Source: Squalus acanthias (taxonomy: Eukaryota). Taken from it: a DNA stretch of 64,000 nucleotides. Positions within the stretch are counted from its first letter, which is position 1; each line of letters begins with the position of its first letter. Positions 25,674-37,840 of the stretch are shown piece after piece. The notes under the pieces were generated by a model. That model made no database searches, was not told the origin of the DNA, and saw only the letters and a program-made list of their open reading frames with translations. The stretch covers positions 104,162,001 through 104,226,000 of the forward strand of contig CM059432.1 in assembly GCA_030390025.1 (NCBI GenBank). The letters are read 5' to 3'. Made by a program: the position numbers and the translations under genes.

Positions 25674-26560
25674 TTTTTTTTTAATTCGATCATGGGATGT
25701 GGGCGTTGCTGGCAAGGCCAGCATTTATTGCCCATCCCTAATTGCCCTCGAGAAGGTGGTGGTGAGCCACCTTCTTGAACCACTGTAGTCAGTGTGGTGA
25801 AGGTACTCCCACAGTGCTGTTAGGTAGGGAGTTCCAGGATTTTGACCCAGCGACGACAAAGGATCGGCGATATACTTCTAAGTCAGGATGGTGTGTGACT
25901 TGGAGGGGAACTTGGAGGTGGTGGTGTTCCCATGCGCCTGCTGCCCTTGTCCTTCTAGGTGGAAGAGGTTTGGGAGGTGCTGCCGAAGAAGCCTTGGCGA
26001 GTTGCTGCAGTGCATCTTGTAGATGGTACACACTGCAGCCATGGTGCGCCGGTGGTGGGGGGAGTGAATGTTTAAGGTGGTAGATGGGGTGCCAATCAAG
26101 CAGGCTGCTTTGTCCTGGATGGTGTCGTTGGAGCTGCACTCGTCCAGGCAAGTGGAGAATATTCCATCGCACTCCTTACTTGTGCCTTGTAGATGGTAGA
26201 AAGGCTTTGGGGAGTCAGGAAGTGAGACACTCGCCGCAGAATACCTAGCCTCTGACCTGCTCTTGTTGCCACAGTATTTATGTGGCTGGTCCAGTTAAGT
26301 TTCTGGTCAATGGTGACCCCCAGGATGTTGATGGTGGGGGATTCGGCGATGGTAATGGCGTTGAATGTCATGGGGCGTTGGTTAGACTCTCGCTTGTTGG
26401 AGGTAGTCATTGCCTGGCACTTCTGTGGTGGGAATGTTAGCTGCCACTTATCAACCCAAGCCTGAACGTCGGCCAGGTCTTGTTGCATGCGGGCATGGAC
26501 TGCTTCATTATCTGAGGAGTTGTGAATGGCGCTGAACACTGTGCAGTCATCAGCGAACAC
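25674..26560 (-). mobile_element. 5'-truncated CR1-superfamily LINE (same family as 7410-14415)
   Basis: FADDCTVF RT motif, ILGVTIDQKLNWTSHI, IYKAQVRSAMEY; A-rich 3' tail at 25674-25684. Confidence 0.85.
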
Positions 26561-27153
26561 TGCTAAATCCAGCTCCCTTATCTCAGCGGCATGCAAACCT
26601 ATTTTTTCATGGTTCTATATATTTGTCACCAGGATAAGGAACTGGATTTAGTAAATGTGGGAAGCTGGCTCACCAATAATCCAAATTAAAACAAGCCCAA
26701 TACAAGAGTAGCTATGGGAAGATGCCATTAATTGTGATGCTAATCACAACTATGTTATTTTTAAATGGCTACTTTGCCTCATTGTACTCTTTGGAACAGT
26801 ACCCAGAATTTGACTTCCAGGAGCAGAGTACAAAAGCAAAATGGATTGAAAAGTACCCCTCAACAAGGTTTGTGCTGTTTTGTGGGTACAGTCACCAATT
26901 ACAGCTAAACACAGACAAGACATTTATAATTCTGTGTCTATATAGAGAAGCAGGCCAGGTTAAAGAGGGAGTCTCATAAATTGCTGCTTTTTCCTGTTTC
27001 ACTATTTAAAAATAAATAGTTCTCTATACTTTCTATTGAAAAAAATATTCACAGCATTGACTTGGAGCAATTAAAGAACATTATGAGGGATTTAAGACCA
27101 TCAGTGGATAACCATTACCACGGGTGCTTTAGAAATCAATCATACCATTTCAA

Positions 27154-27589
27154 CAGCACCTCATCTTTCGTTTAGGCACTTTACAGCCTTCCGGACTCAA
27201 TATCGAGTTCAACAATTTCAGATCATAACCTCGGCCCCTACTAATTTATATATATATATATATAATCCACCCTTTTGGTTCGTGCCTTTTTCTTCTCTCT
27301 CCCCCCCTACGGCAGCTGTCTCTCATTCTGCCAGCATTTCACACTTCACCTTTTGTTTCTTAACCTGTCCCATTACCATCTCGTCTTGCCCCATAGTTAT
27401 TCCTCCCCCCAGCCTCCCCCTTGCTTTTTTATCTGTTTCATTTCCTGCTTTTTTCTCAGTTCTGACGAAGGGTTTCGACCTGAAACGTTAACTCTGTTTC
27501 TCTCTCCACGGATGTTGCCAAGCCTGCTGAGTTTTTCCAGCGTTTTCTGTTGTTGTTTCAATTTTCCAGCATCCGCAGTATTTTGCTAT
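27154..27589 (+). mobile_element. Penelope-like element 3' fragment with hammerhead motif
   Basis: QHLIFRLGTLQPSGLNIEFNNFRS* GIY-YIG C-terminus; TSD ATCATACCATTTCAA at 27139-27153 and 27588-27602. Confidence 0.9.
27458..27494 (+). ncRNA. Minimal type I hammerhead ribozyme motif
   Basis: AGTT-CTGACGA-AGGGTTTCGACCT-GAAAC-GTT-AACT: both core boxes, stem II, palindromic ACGT stem III, AGTT/AACT stem I. Confidence 0.75.
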
Positions 27590-28294
27590 CATACCATTTC
27601 AATTGTTTGTCAATTCAACTTGCTCACACCATTGCACCCTAATTCCTCAAAGCCATTTCCTGCTTCTCTCATAATGGCATCATCCTTCAGTATTTATATT
27701 TTTAGAAACTATTATTTTTTTCCTAAGTTTTGTATTTAAGTGCATACTTCTTGTAAATATCACACTTACTTTCCGTGTCATGGCAACACATTAACACTGG
27801 GTGTTTAGCCTGTGTATTTTAACCACACATACAAACACAAAGACCGGCATGGACAGTTACCGTCATACTTACATTCACTCCAACCCCACCCCCCGCCTCC
27901 CAACACTCGGTGGTGAGGCTGCTGCAGCTCTAACTCCAATAAATGGGATTGCAACTGAAGGGAGCCATCAATTACTTTAACAAAACAAAGCATGTCTTTT
28001 TCAAATTACAACTCTGCCATTCTAATTCATTTGAACATTGAAGTTACTTAAACGAGAAAAAAATATATACAGGAGTAAGTCTTTACTCAGTTAAATAACT
28101 GCAGTCACATGAAGAGAATGCCACAAAAACAGATTTAGTAGTATTGCAGAGTAACTTAGTACACATACGCCTGTCTATTTTGATGTAGGTTTTTGCCAGA
28201 AAACACATTTTATATTTTTTTAAATAGTTCTCAAAAAGTGAGGGATGCTAGTATTGGGTAAAGGAAAATTCTTATTTCAGGCACCCAGTGTCAG

Positions 28295-28632
28295 CATTAA
28301 GTACTTCCAGGTGAGACACAGAACATCCACGTGCCGAGGGACACTCACTACTCTGCCCCAACAATATGCCTCAGCCATCAGCCTCAGAAAAGCTCATTCT
28401 ACTGCACCAGTGTGACATTTTTTTCATTTCCAATACAAACTATCCTGTGGCCTCCGAGTGAGAGTGCCAATTAGTGACGAATTATGAACTCAGTTGAGAC
28501 CGTCTAAACCTATTTCACATAGGACTCATACAACCAGTAGACAGAGAGGACTTTCACTCCAACCGTCTGGATTGGATTTGAACCCATATCTCAGAGGCAA
28601 AAGACCAGCGTCTAACCTACTGCGGCACTATA
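28295..28632 (-). mobile_element. LF-SINE-like tRNA-derived SINE
   Basis: Minus strand has B-box GGTTCAAATCC then CCTATGTGAAAT, GGTCTCA, CACTAATTGGCAC, GAGGCCA, TGAGGCATATTG blocks in the order I recall for LF-SINE. Confidence 0.65.
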
Positions 28633-30530
28633 TTTTCCAAACTCTCCATTTTTAAATGAAGTCATAATTTTAAATGCACATTGCCAAACTGGCAAATATT
28701 GACGTCCAGTAGCAAGTTAAAATACAATATATTAAGTGCTGTGTAAAAGCAAAGTTGGAGGAATATTAACATCCTGTTTGGTTTTAATTATGCAATCACT
28801 AATTTCAGTTTAGTTAATCAAAATTTTTTAATTTATTTTCATTATCTGTATAATTAATTAAAACCACAATGCTGTTTTAGTTATGACGGTTTGTTTTAAT
28901 TATTGTTTCCCCATTAACAATTATAGTAATGGTTCTCATTGATAAAAATGTACCTGGCATACTTTTCATGCAGAAACCACAATCAAATCACCCACTCAAG
29001 CCTGAGTTAACTTGACCACTCTTCCCAAAGTGCAGAAGTAATAGCTGGTAATATATACAGAATAAGTACTTTTCCAATAACATAATTAATTACCTATATG
29101 TTTCCATCAATTTCACGGCAGTATCAACCCCACTATATTGTTGCAATTGGTCTTCATGATGCAATTCACCAGGGAATTACCGTTACTTTTAAAGATAAAT
29201 GAATGGCAGAGACCAGATTTTAACATTTTACTTAATAGGAAAAGGAAAGTCTATGAGCAATAGTTATGGATATCAGTAATAGTTATGGATAGCAAGTAAT
29301 AAGTAGACATCTATTTAATATCAGCTTTGAAAATAATCTCATTTATATTGTGTTTTTCCAATGAGACAAACATGCTGTCCAGTACTCAGTATGTTTTCAG
29401 ACCAATACTGCGCAAGCTGTCTCTTCAATCTCCACTATGTTTTGACAGCAGTGGGAAATTGAGGACATGAACAGGAAAATGCAGCTCTGTAACAATGGCA
29501 GACCTAAACTGTACTATATAAAAGTGTAGACATTCAACTTCTGATGATTTTGTGAATGCATCTCGTTGCTTATGCCTTCTGAAACCCTTGACTGCATTAG
29601 CGTTTTGCAAGACAATTTAGCCTACCTATTATTCTAGTTATGCCCTGGACTTTGAACGACATTTTTCTGGTTGGTTGCGAGGGGGGGGGGGGGGGTTATT
29701 TTCTTTGAAATATAAGCCAATTGAGTCATATATTAAGTTGTCTTTGAAAATAAAATTTTTCCCCTTTATTTTTCTGCTTTTATGTGCCTCACTCAGCAAG
29801 CGGATAGTAAGAGATCCATCGTTCTGAGCAGCAGCTGCGGTTTTGTTAGGCATGGCGCACATGCAGTGTTTGAAAGGTTCAGATTCATGGCAGTCATACA
29901 GAAGATTTTTATTTTGCCCCCACTTGACCATAAAGATCGGCATCTACACATTGCACACAAACTAATACAGTTTTACATAGAAATTTACTTAGATGATTTA
30001 CATAGAAATCTGGGCAACACTGGTGGGATTTTGGACAAGTAAAACTGGACACCTACTTTTCTACAGAAGATACAAAATTATTTAATTTCTGCATCTCTTT
30101 AGGCCAAGTGTAAAACAATTTCCAGGACTAAATACCCTTTAATATTGCTTTTTCTGCAAAATTTTCTTGAAATGTTCAACATTTTGTTTTTTGTGGCATA
30201 CAAGTTGTTCACTGTTAAGGGTGAGTCTTTTCATTTGGACTCCTTTATTTTAAAAAAAAATGAAAAATAATTCTTCTACTATCATACATCTTTTACAAAG
30301 TTCAGTATTAAGCCCAAAATGCCAATGGGAAAGTTGCAAACAACTGTCCTTTGAGACCTCATGACATCACCCATTTAACATCCTCTGAGGATACCCTCCC
30401 TGAGCTGAAGGGCCAGCTCCTTTCCTTAGTATTGCAGGCTGGTTAACACCCTGACTCCCCAATAGAAAAGGCACGTCAAAGTTTGTTCATTTATTTTAGT
30501 TCCTTTTTAATCAAGCAGATTTAACTTCCA

Positions 30531-30740
30531 GGAGGAACGGCGCGGACCTAATCGGAGGCACCAGCTGCGGCGGCGGGACATAAAGGAGCGCGTGGAGGAA
30601 CGGCGCAGACCTAATCGGAGGCACCGGCGGCGGGACATAAAAGAGCGCGTGGAGGAATGGCGCGGACCTAATCGGAGGCACCGGCGGCGGTGGCGGGACA
30701 TAAAGGAGCGCGTGGAGGAAAGGCACGGACCTAATCGGAA
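30531..30740 (+). repeat. GC-rich tandem repeat, about 3.4 units of 63/57/63 bp, at the 5' end of a CR1
   Basis: Units start at 30531, 30594, 30651 and 30714 (GGAGGAA..GACCTAATCGGAGGCACC..GGGACATAAA..GAGCGCGT). Confidence 0.9.
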
Positions 30741-32437
30741 CCTAAGCGGAACCTTCCACGATTTCCAAAAAAAACAAGGTGTGACGTCACAGGACAGCAA
30801 GTAGGTGATTGGTTGGTGAGTATTAAGGTTGTTTTTTCTCTAGGACAGCGGCTTAAACTAGGAACAGGAAACTATAACACACTGTATAGCTTAACTAGAT
30901 AAAATAACTAATATAACTATAAATAATCGGTGATTAAAGACTGTAACTAATTAAATAAATAAAATCAGGCTAGTCCAAGATATGGCAGGGCAGGTTGTGT
31001 GTCTGGACTGCAGTAGGAGGGAGTTTGTGGACAGCGAGACTGTCCCGAGCGAACACGTCTGCAGGAGATGTCTCCATCTCGAATCACTCCGGCTCAGAGT
31101 CATTGAGCTGAAGTGCGAGTTGGAGACACTCCGACACATAAGGGATTTTTATCCAGAATACAGTCACACCCCAGAGGAAAGCACAGGTTCAGGAAAGGGA
31201 GGGTGTGACTGTTAGGGAGATGGGTAGCAGGGATTTAGGAGAGGTTGAGAAGGAGGTCCCGCAGACACTGGTCCTGTCCAACAGGTACGATGTACTCGCT
31301 ACCGGTGAGGACAAGGAGAAAGACCGCAGGGAGGACAGCCACAATGCAGACCAAGGCACCATGGCTCAGAAGGCTGTCCAAGGCCGGGGGGGGGGTAGCA
31401 GAATAGAAATGTGGTAGTGATAGGGGTAAGGGATATCTCACAGCGGCTGGAGAGGAATTTAGAAAGGGAGAGTGGAAATCCAGTTGTCATGGTCCATGTT
31501 GGAACAAACAACATAGGTAGGAACAGGGAGGAGGTCCTGCTGAAAGAGTATCAGGAGTCAGGATCTAAATTAAAAAGCAGGACCTCGATGGTAATCATCT
31601 CTGGATTATTGCCCGAGCCACATGCAAATTGGCATAGAAGCAGACAGATCAGGAGAATTAACACGTGGCTAAAGGGTTGGTGTGGGAAAGAGGGTATTCC
31701 TTTTCATGGGACACTAGCACCAGTTCTGGGACAGGAAGGAGGTGTACCGATAGGACGGGCTCCACCTGACCCGTGTCCTAGTGGAAAGGGTAAATTGGGA
31801 AGTGGCAAAGGCTTTAAGCTAGTAAGATTGGGGGAGGGATCGACAAGAAATGTAAGCAGCCTAAATATAAACAAAACATGAAAAGAGAGCATAGGAAAGA
31901 ATAAAGTAAGGGACGACATTCATGGCAAGGGAATAAATAGAGTTATAGAACAGAAGTCTAAAAAGGTTAAACATAAGGTGAGAGGAAATCCTATTAAAAA
32001 TGAGTTAAACTGTCTGTACAGCAATGCACACAGTAATAAAACAGGGGAGCTGGAGGCAATCATACGTTGCGAGGAACCAGACATAGTAGGGATTACTGAG
32101 ACATGGCTACAGAAAAATCAGGACTGAGAATTAAACATTGCAGGGTATAACATATTTAGAATAGATAGGGAGGGGAAAGGGGGAGGTGGAGTAGCTGTAC
32201 TTATTAGGGATAACATAATGGCAGTAGAAAAAAGTGATGAAGATATCAGCGAGACAAAAATAGAATCCATATGGATAGAGATAAACAAATAATAAAGGAT
32301 CAATCACACTAATAGGCGTAGTCTACAGACCACCTAATAGTGGAAGGGAGGTGGAGGAAGAAATATGCAGACAAATTAGGGAAATTAGTAAAAAACATAG
32401 AATAATCATGGGGGATTTCAACTACCCTGGTATTAAT
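30531..32437 (+). mobile_element. CR1 LINE 5' portion: 5' UTR, disrupted ORF1 (zinc finger/leucine zipper plus esterase) and start of ORF2 endonuclease; 3' part missing
   Basis: MAGQVVCLDC...CRRCLHLESLRLRVIELKCELETLRHIR; VVMVHVGTNNIG, SGLLPEP (SGNH-like esterase); VGITETWL, GVVYRPP, MGDFNYPGIN, then an abrupt end. Confidence 0.85.
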
Positions 32438-32487
32438 TGAGAAGTCGCACACCACCAGGTTATAGTCCAACAGTTTTATTTGAAATT

Positions 32488-32520
32488 ACGAGCTTTCGGA
32501 GCTCTGCTCCTTCTTCAGGT
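32488..32520 (-). ncRNA. Minimal hammerhead ribozyme motif (second family)
   Basis: CTGAAGA-AGGAGCAGAGCTCC-GAAAGCTC on the minus strand; palindromic AGCT stem III. Confidence 0.7.
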
Positions 32521-33393
32521 ACAGGTACAGTGAGGGAATACAAATTGATTACACAGTATATATAGACAGAGAACAATGTGTCTGCAGAGATACAATCCGT
32601 CAGGGAGGCATTACATCAAAGACACATCAGAGTACAGCTAAGACAATGAGGTGGGTCACAGGGGGTCCAACGTGTCAAATGCTGCAGTCTGCAGTTAAGC
32701 CCTTAACTTTTTTTTTAAAACTGGAAAAACAGACAACGATGTCGAGTCACGTTCTGTAGCGTGACATGAACCCGAGATCCCGGTTGAGGCCATCCTCATG
32801 GGTGCGGAACTTGGCTATCCGTTTCAGCTCGAAGATTTTGCGTTGTCGTGTGTCTCGAAGGCCGCCTTGGAGAACGCTAACCCGCAGATCCGAGGCTGAA
32901 TGCCCTTGACTGCTGAGGTGTTCCCCGACTGGGAGGCAACCATCCTGCCTGGCGATCGCCAGGCAGGATGGTTGCCTCCCAGTCGGGGAACACTTCAGCA
33001 GTCAAGGGCATTCAGCCTCGGATCTGCGGGTTAGCGTTCTCCAAGGCGGCCTTCGAGATACACAACAACACAAAATCATCGAGCAGAAACTGATAGCCAA
33101 GTTCCGCACTCATGAGGACGGCCTCAATAGGGATATCGGGTTCATGTCACGCTACAGAACGTGACTTGACATCGTTGTCTGTCTTTCCAGTTTTTTAAAA
33201 AAACAAACAAAAAACAAACCTAAATGGAGAGGATATGCAGACAGCAGGTTTTGACACGTTGGACCCCCTGGGACACATCTCATTGTCTTGGCTGTGCTCT
33301 TGGTGTGTCTTTGATGTAAGGAAAGATTGTATCGCTGCATTTTCTCTGTGTTTATATTCTGTGAATTTTTGTAGATTCACTCATAGTAACTTT

Positions 33394-33432
33394 ACCTGAA
33401 GAAGGGGCGATCGATAGCTCCGAAAGCTTGTA
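33394..33432 (+). ncRNA. Minimal hammerhead ribozyme motif (second family)
   Basis: CTGAAGA-AGGGGCGATCGATAGCTCC-GAAAGCTT. Confidence 0.65.
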
Positions 33433-34025
33433 ATTTTAAATAAATCTGTTGGACTATAACTTGGTGTTGTGCGACTTCTCATTTTTGCTTAACTAATAAC
33501 TAGAGCAAGTGAATAGGCACAGCAATAACTTATGTCCCTGACTTTCTCACATCACTGTTCTTCATCTAGTTTCGCCTCTGCAAAGCAATTTGTGGTGTTT
33601 TATTTTGTTAAATGATATGTAAATGCACATTGTTTGTTATTGTACAGTGGTGCAATGTACAATCAATCTTGCTATGTATGTATGTCAGCTCTTGATCAGT
33701 TGAGGACAGTACTTTAAAAATTCTGATGTATGGGAGTAAATAGCAATCAAATTAACAGAGTAATGGCACTTACTGTTGAAGCAAAACCTGCAGTAACACC
33801 TTTTTAAATGTTTCAACGGTGCAACTAAATACCCCTTTAATGACTAATTAATTTAGGAATGTTTATCCCAGGTATCATATTTGGCATCCTTTTGTTTTTA
33901 TATCCATTGCTATTGATATTTTTAATATATTTTTGTTGCATACATGTTAGCTTCATAGCCATGGAATTGCCTGGCTGTGTGAGGGAACTGAATTAACAGA
34001 CACTGTCGAATGCTCAAGTTAAGTC

Positions 34026-35196
34026 TGTTAGAAATTAGGGGACCTAAAATGTATATGGTTATACGAATGAAATTGTGACGCGAATAATACTGTGTTTAGA
34101 TGATTGTATTCGAACTGGAGACAAAAGTGTCTCTTCAGACTAGTATTAGAATAGCTGGATAGATGCTCAGAATTTGCTTATGTTTTTGGTCCCCTGCGGA
34201 TGTTAGAACATTCTGCACCATGGCAGTCACACATGACCTTGATTCCCAGGCTAGCTATCTGCTGTTTGTAAGTTAGGATTTCGACTTTGTTTAATGTATC
34301 TTTAATTTGAACAACTAAGGCCCAATGCCTATGTTTCTTCCATTACTGCGAATAACCATATTATAATGCTAAGTTAGGATTTTGACTTTGTTTAACAAAA
34401 CTGCTTTAAAATTCGTAAGTTAACCAGTGTGTGAGAATAGAAGATATCTTTGGGAATTTAATGATTCATTTCATGGTACAATAGTCTGATAATGGAATGA
34501 AAGTTAGTTTTGCATAGCTAAAGCTACATGAACGACGTGAACATAAATAACTGATAACAAGCAGCTACGAACATCTGAAGGCCGAGAATGGCATGTCTGA
34601 CTCCAAACTTGGGAGGATAAGGACGGGAGAGATAGGAGGAATTCAGATAGATGAGCCTTCAGAATGCATAAACAGGAAAAGCATGTGAGCAAAACCACGA
34701 GACCCCTTAGGGGAGGGCTTTCATCTGAAAGTTAAGACAAAGAACTCGATATACCATTGGGCACCTTGGTTTAAGAACCCCCCTTACGGGTTAAATGGTC
34801 CTGTCCATATTCTACATCAGGTCCACCCCTAAAAAGAGAATAAAAGCAAGACCCGAAAAGCCCTTAGTGCAGACAGTGGAGTGAAGAGCTTCCAAGAGTG
34901 GATCGATGGTCTAACACTCTTGGGTAGTTAGAGACAGAGACAGAGACAGAGACAGAGACAGAGACAGAGACAGAGACAGAGACAGAGACAGAGACAAGGC
35001 GAGCTGTTCACACACGCCAGCCGTCTGTCCGATCGGGACCGGTACCAGCTGCTTGTCACGGTCGTATGTTTTTGCTGTGTAACTAGTGTGTTACGTTCCA
35101 TCTTAAACTCCAATAATACGCAATATACCCACCATATTGGTTTGTCTGCACTCGATCCTGATTATTTGAAAGACCAGAGATAATCTAATCTCAACA
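34026..35196 (+). mobile_element. Putative solo LTR; left boundary uncertain (34026 or 34091)
   Basis: Ends CTAATCTCAACA; candidate starts TGTTAGAAATTAG (imperfect inverted terminus) or ATAC|TG giving an ATAC TSD; internal direct repeat TAAGTTAGGATTT..GACTTTGTTTAA; AATAAAA at about 34839. Confidence 0.4.
34930..34996. repeat. (AGAGAC)n hexanucleotide microsatellite
   Basis: About 11 visible units. Confidence 0.95.
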
Positions 35197-35294
35197 ATAC
35201 TAATTCCTTTTTTGGCAATGTGTATGTGCTTTTTCCTCTCCCTTTCTGTGGGCTGCCTATACCATACACCATTCTATGGAGAAGATGTTTTCGA

Positions 35295-36092
35295 CAAAGA
35301 TGTTTCCACTTGTGGGGGAGACCAAACTAGGGCCATAAATATAAGATAGTCACTAATAAATCCAATAGGGAATGCAGGAAAAACTTTTTTACCCAGAGAG
35401 TGGTTAGAATGTGGAACTCGCTACCACATAGAAACATAGAAACATAGAAACTAGGAGCAGGAGTAGGAGTAGGCCATTCGGCCCGTCGAGCCTGCTCCAC
35501 CGTTCAATACGATCATGGCTGATCATCCAAATCCAGTACACTGTCCCTGCTTTCTCACACAGAATCCCCATCGAGCCTGCACCGACACATATCCCACCCT
35601 ATCCCCGTAACCCCACGTATTTAATTCCCCCTAACATATCCCATCCTATCCCCGTAACCCCACATATTTAATCCCCCCCTAACACTAAGGGTCAATTTAT
35701 CATAGCCAAATCAACCTAACCCGCACATTTTTGGACTGTGGGAGGAAACCGGAGCATCCGGAGGAAACCCACGCAGACACGGGGAGAATGTGCAAACTCC
35801 ACACAGACAGTCACCCGAGGCCAGATTCGAACCCGGGTCTCTGGCGCTGTGAGGCACCAGTGCTAGCCACTATGCCACCGTGTTGCCCACATGGGGTGGT
35901 TGAGGCAAAAAAGCATAGATCAATTTTAGGGGAAGCTAGATTAGTGCACAAGGGAGAGAAGAATAGAAGGATATGCGGAGAGGGTTGGATGAAGTAGGGT
36001 GGGAGGAGGCACATGTCGAGCAAAAACACCGGCATAGAGCAGTTGGGTTGAATGGCCTGTTTCTGTCATTTAAATTCTATGTAATCTATGAA
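35295..36092 (+). mobile_element. CR1 3' fragment interrupted by an HE1-like SINE
   Basis: FFTQRVVRMWNSLPH continues as GVVEA after the insert; ATTCTATG-type tail at about 36075-36090. Confidence 0.75.
35430..35888 (-). mobile_element. HE1-like V-SINE (tRNA head, V domain, CR1-type tail)
   Basis: GGGCAACACGGTGGCATAGTGG A-box, GGTTCGAATC B-box, TGTGTGGAGTTTGCACATTCTCCCCGTGTCTGCGTGGGTTTCCTCCGG V domain, (TTTCTATG)3 tail; ACAT duplicated at 35426-35429 and 35889-35892. Confidence 0.9.
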
Positions 36093-37384
36093 TTTACGTA
36101 TTAAAGACAAAACACAGCAGCACTCAGCTTCCCTCAGCATTAAGCTATTATTCTTTCCAGACCCACTTGCTAAAAAACATCTGGTGGTAAACTCAACTGG
36201 AGGGCAAAATTGAAGGACAACCTGCTTCCCTTTCAGCAGTGGGGTTTCTCTCGCACAACTGCCAACACTAAGGACACTGGAGGAAGCATTTAGTGTTTAT
36301 GGTAGCAGAGCTTGGGTTTGGTTAGTCTACTATATAATTTCCATTCTCTTAGGTTCTGATTTAGGTAAACCATTCACACACTCAATTCCAGTACTCGGGT
36401 AAGGAATAAGTCAGCCCTGAAACTTTGATTAATTCAGTTTATCCAAAAACTGGTAGAGGGCATTGCTCTCCTACCCCATAAATTAAAAGCAGTTGAACTT
36501 TCCTTCATTATAGATGATATCCTGTAACTCCCTTTTAAACCCACAGGAGTGGATTAATGTGACCCGGCTCAGAGGAAGGAGGAAACTCCCCAATGGACAT
36601 CTGGTTAAGGCAGCGGGTAGATGACCAATACAGACCAGGAGAGCCCCAGATTTAGTGATCCCATCTCACCTGAAAAAATGGCAGGGGGTTACAATTGGCC
36701 TCAACATCCTCAAATTGGGGAAGGGAAAAATCAGCCCAGGTTCACATTCATGACTGTCATGTAATTGGTGATCTGCACATGTGTGCACACATGAAGAAAG
36801 AATCATTCTCTACTGTGATACCCCCTCCAATCAAAAACCCCCTGACACTTACACATGAAGAAATACCACTTGGGAGAGGTACCAGAGAAAGCTCAGCACT
36901 TGCAGAACCATAACCAAGCAAGGAATCAACGCCTCCAGGAGACAGAAAGTGGTGTAGTGGGGGGTAGGGGAGAGAGATGAGGTATCCTCTTCCCTTCTTG
37001 AACTGGTGCCTGACTATCCACCAAGGTGAATGACAGGCTCAAGACTAGAGTGGTCAATAGCACATCATAATCCAAAGACCTCAATCAGATATTAGCCTCT
37101 TTTAATGATCGGCAAAAGATTTCCTCCATCTTCTGTGGATTTCACACACTCTTCATCCTTGTGGACTACTCTGTGGAATGTCGCAGCTTGCAAGGATAAG
37201 TAATTTTGAACTCCACAGTAATGGAATAAGGAACAGAACACTCTCTGAATTCAAGTTACAGCTTACACCATTGTCCTCTGCCATTAATTATACAATTTAA
37301 AACAATGAAATATTTTACTTGCATGGTACAATGTTAGCCTACATGAGACCTTTAAAAATCAAACAATTTCTACAAAGTGTCAGT

Positions 37385-37840
37385 ATTGGCTCAGTGGGTA
37401 GCACTCTCACCACAGTCAGAAGATTGAGAGCTCAAATCCCACTCCAGAGACTTGAGCACAAAAATCTAGGCTGACACTCCAGCGCAGTGATGAGGGAGTG
37501 CTGCACTGTCGGAGGTGCCGTCTTTCGGATGAGACGGTAAACCGAAGCCCCGTCTACTCTCTCGGTGGACGTAAAAGATCCCACGGCACTATTTCAAAGA
37601 AGAGCAGGGGAGGTATCCCTGGTGTCCTGACCAATATTTATCCCTCAATCAACATTAACAAAAACAGATTATCTGGTCATTATCACATTGCTGTTTGTGG
37701 GAGCTTGCTGTGAGCAAATAGGATGCCACGTTTCCTACATTACAACAGTGACTACACTTCAAAAGTACTTAATTGGCTGTAAAGCGCTTTGGGACGTCCC
37801 AAGGTCATAAAAGGCACTATATAAATGCAATTCTTTCTTT
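37385..37840 (+). mobile_element. Full-length DeuSINE (SacSINE1/AmnSINE1-related)
   Basis: TGGCTCAGTGGG A-box, B-box-like, Deu domain GGTGCCGTCTTTCGGATGAGACG...AAAAGATCCCA, L2-like tail ending TATATAAATGCAATTCTTTCTTT. Confidence 0.9.

Larger units (their letters stand above)
32438..33481. mobile_element. Palindromic (fold-back) Penelope-like insertion of a second family
   Basis: Axis at 32955/32956; each arm encodes a GIY-YIG C-terminus (LPVGEHFSSQGHSASDLRVSVLQGGLRD...EQKLIAKFRTHEDGLNRD) and ends with a hammerhead motif. Confidence 0.9.

Noticed and set aside
30531..30740. CRISPR-like array or R/P-rich repeat protein
   Set aside because: Eukaryotic context, no unique spacers; ORFs arise from unit lengths being multiples of three
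35810..35888. tRNA gene (also at 37385, 28560, 25290)
   Set aside because: A/B boxes continue into SINE bodies; these are SINE heads
36590..36940. Possible additional ancient SINE (also about 39985-40330)
   Set aside because: Too degenerate to define boundaries or family by eye
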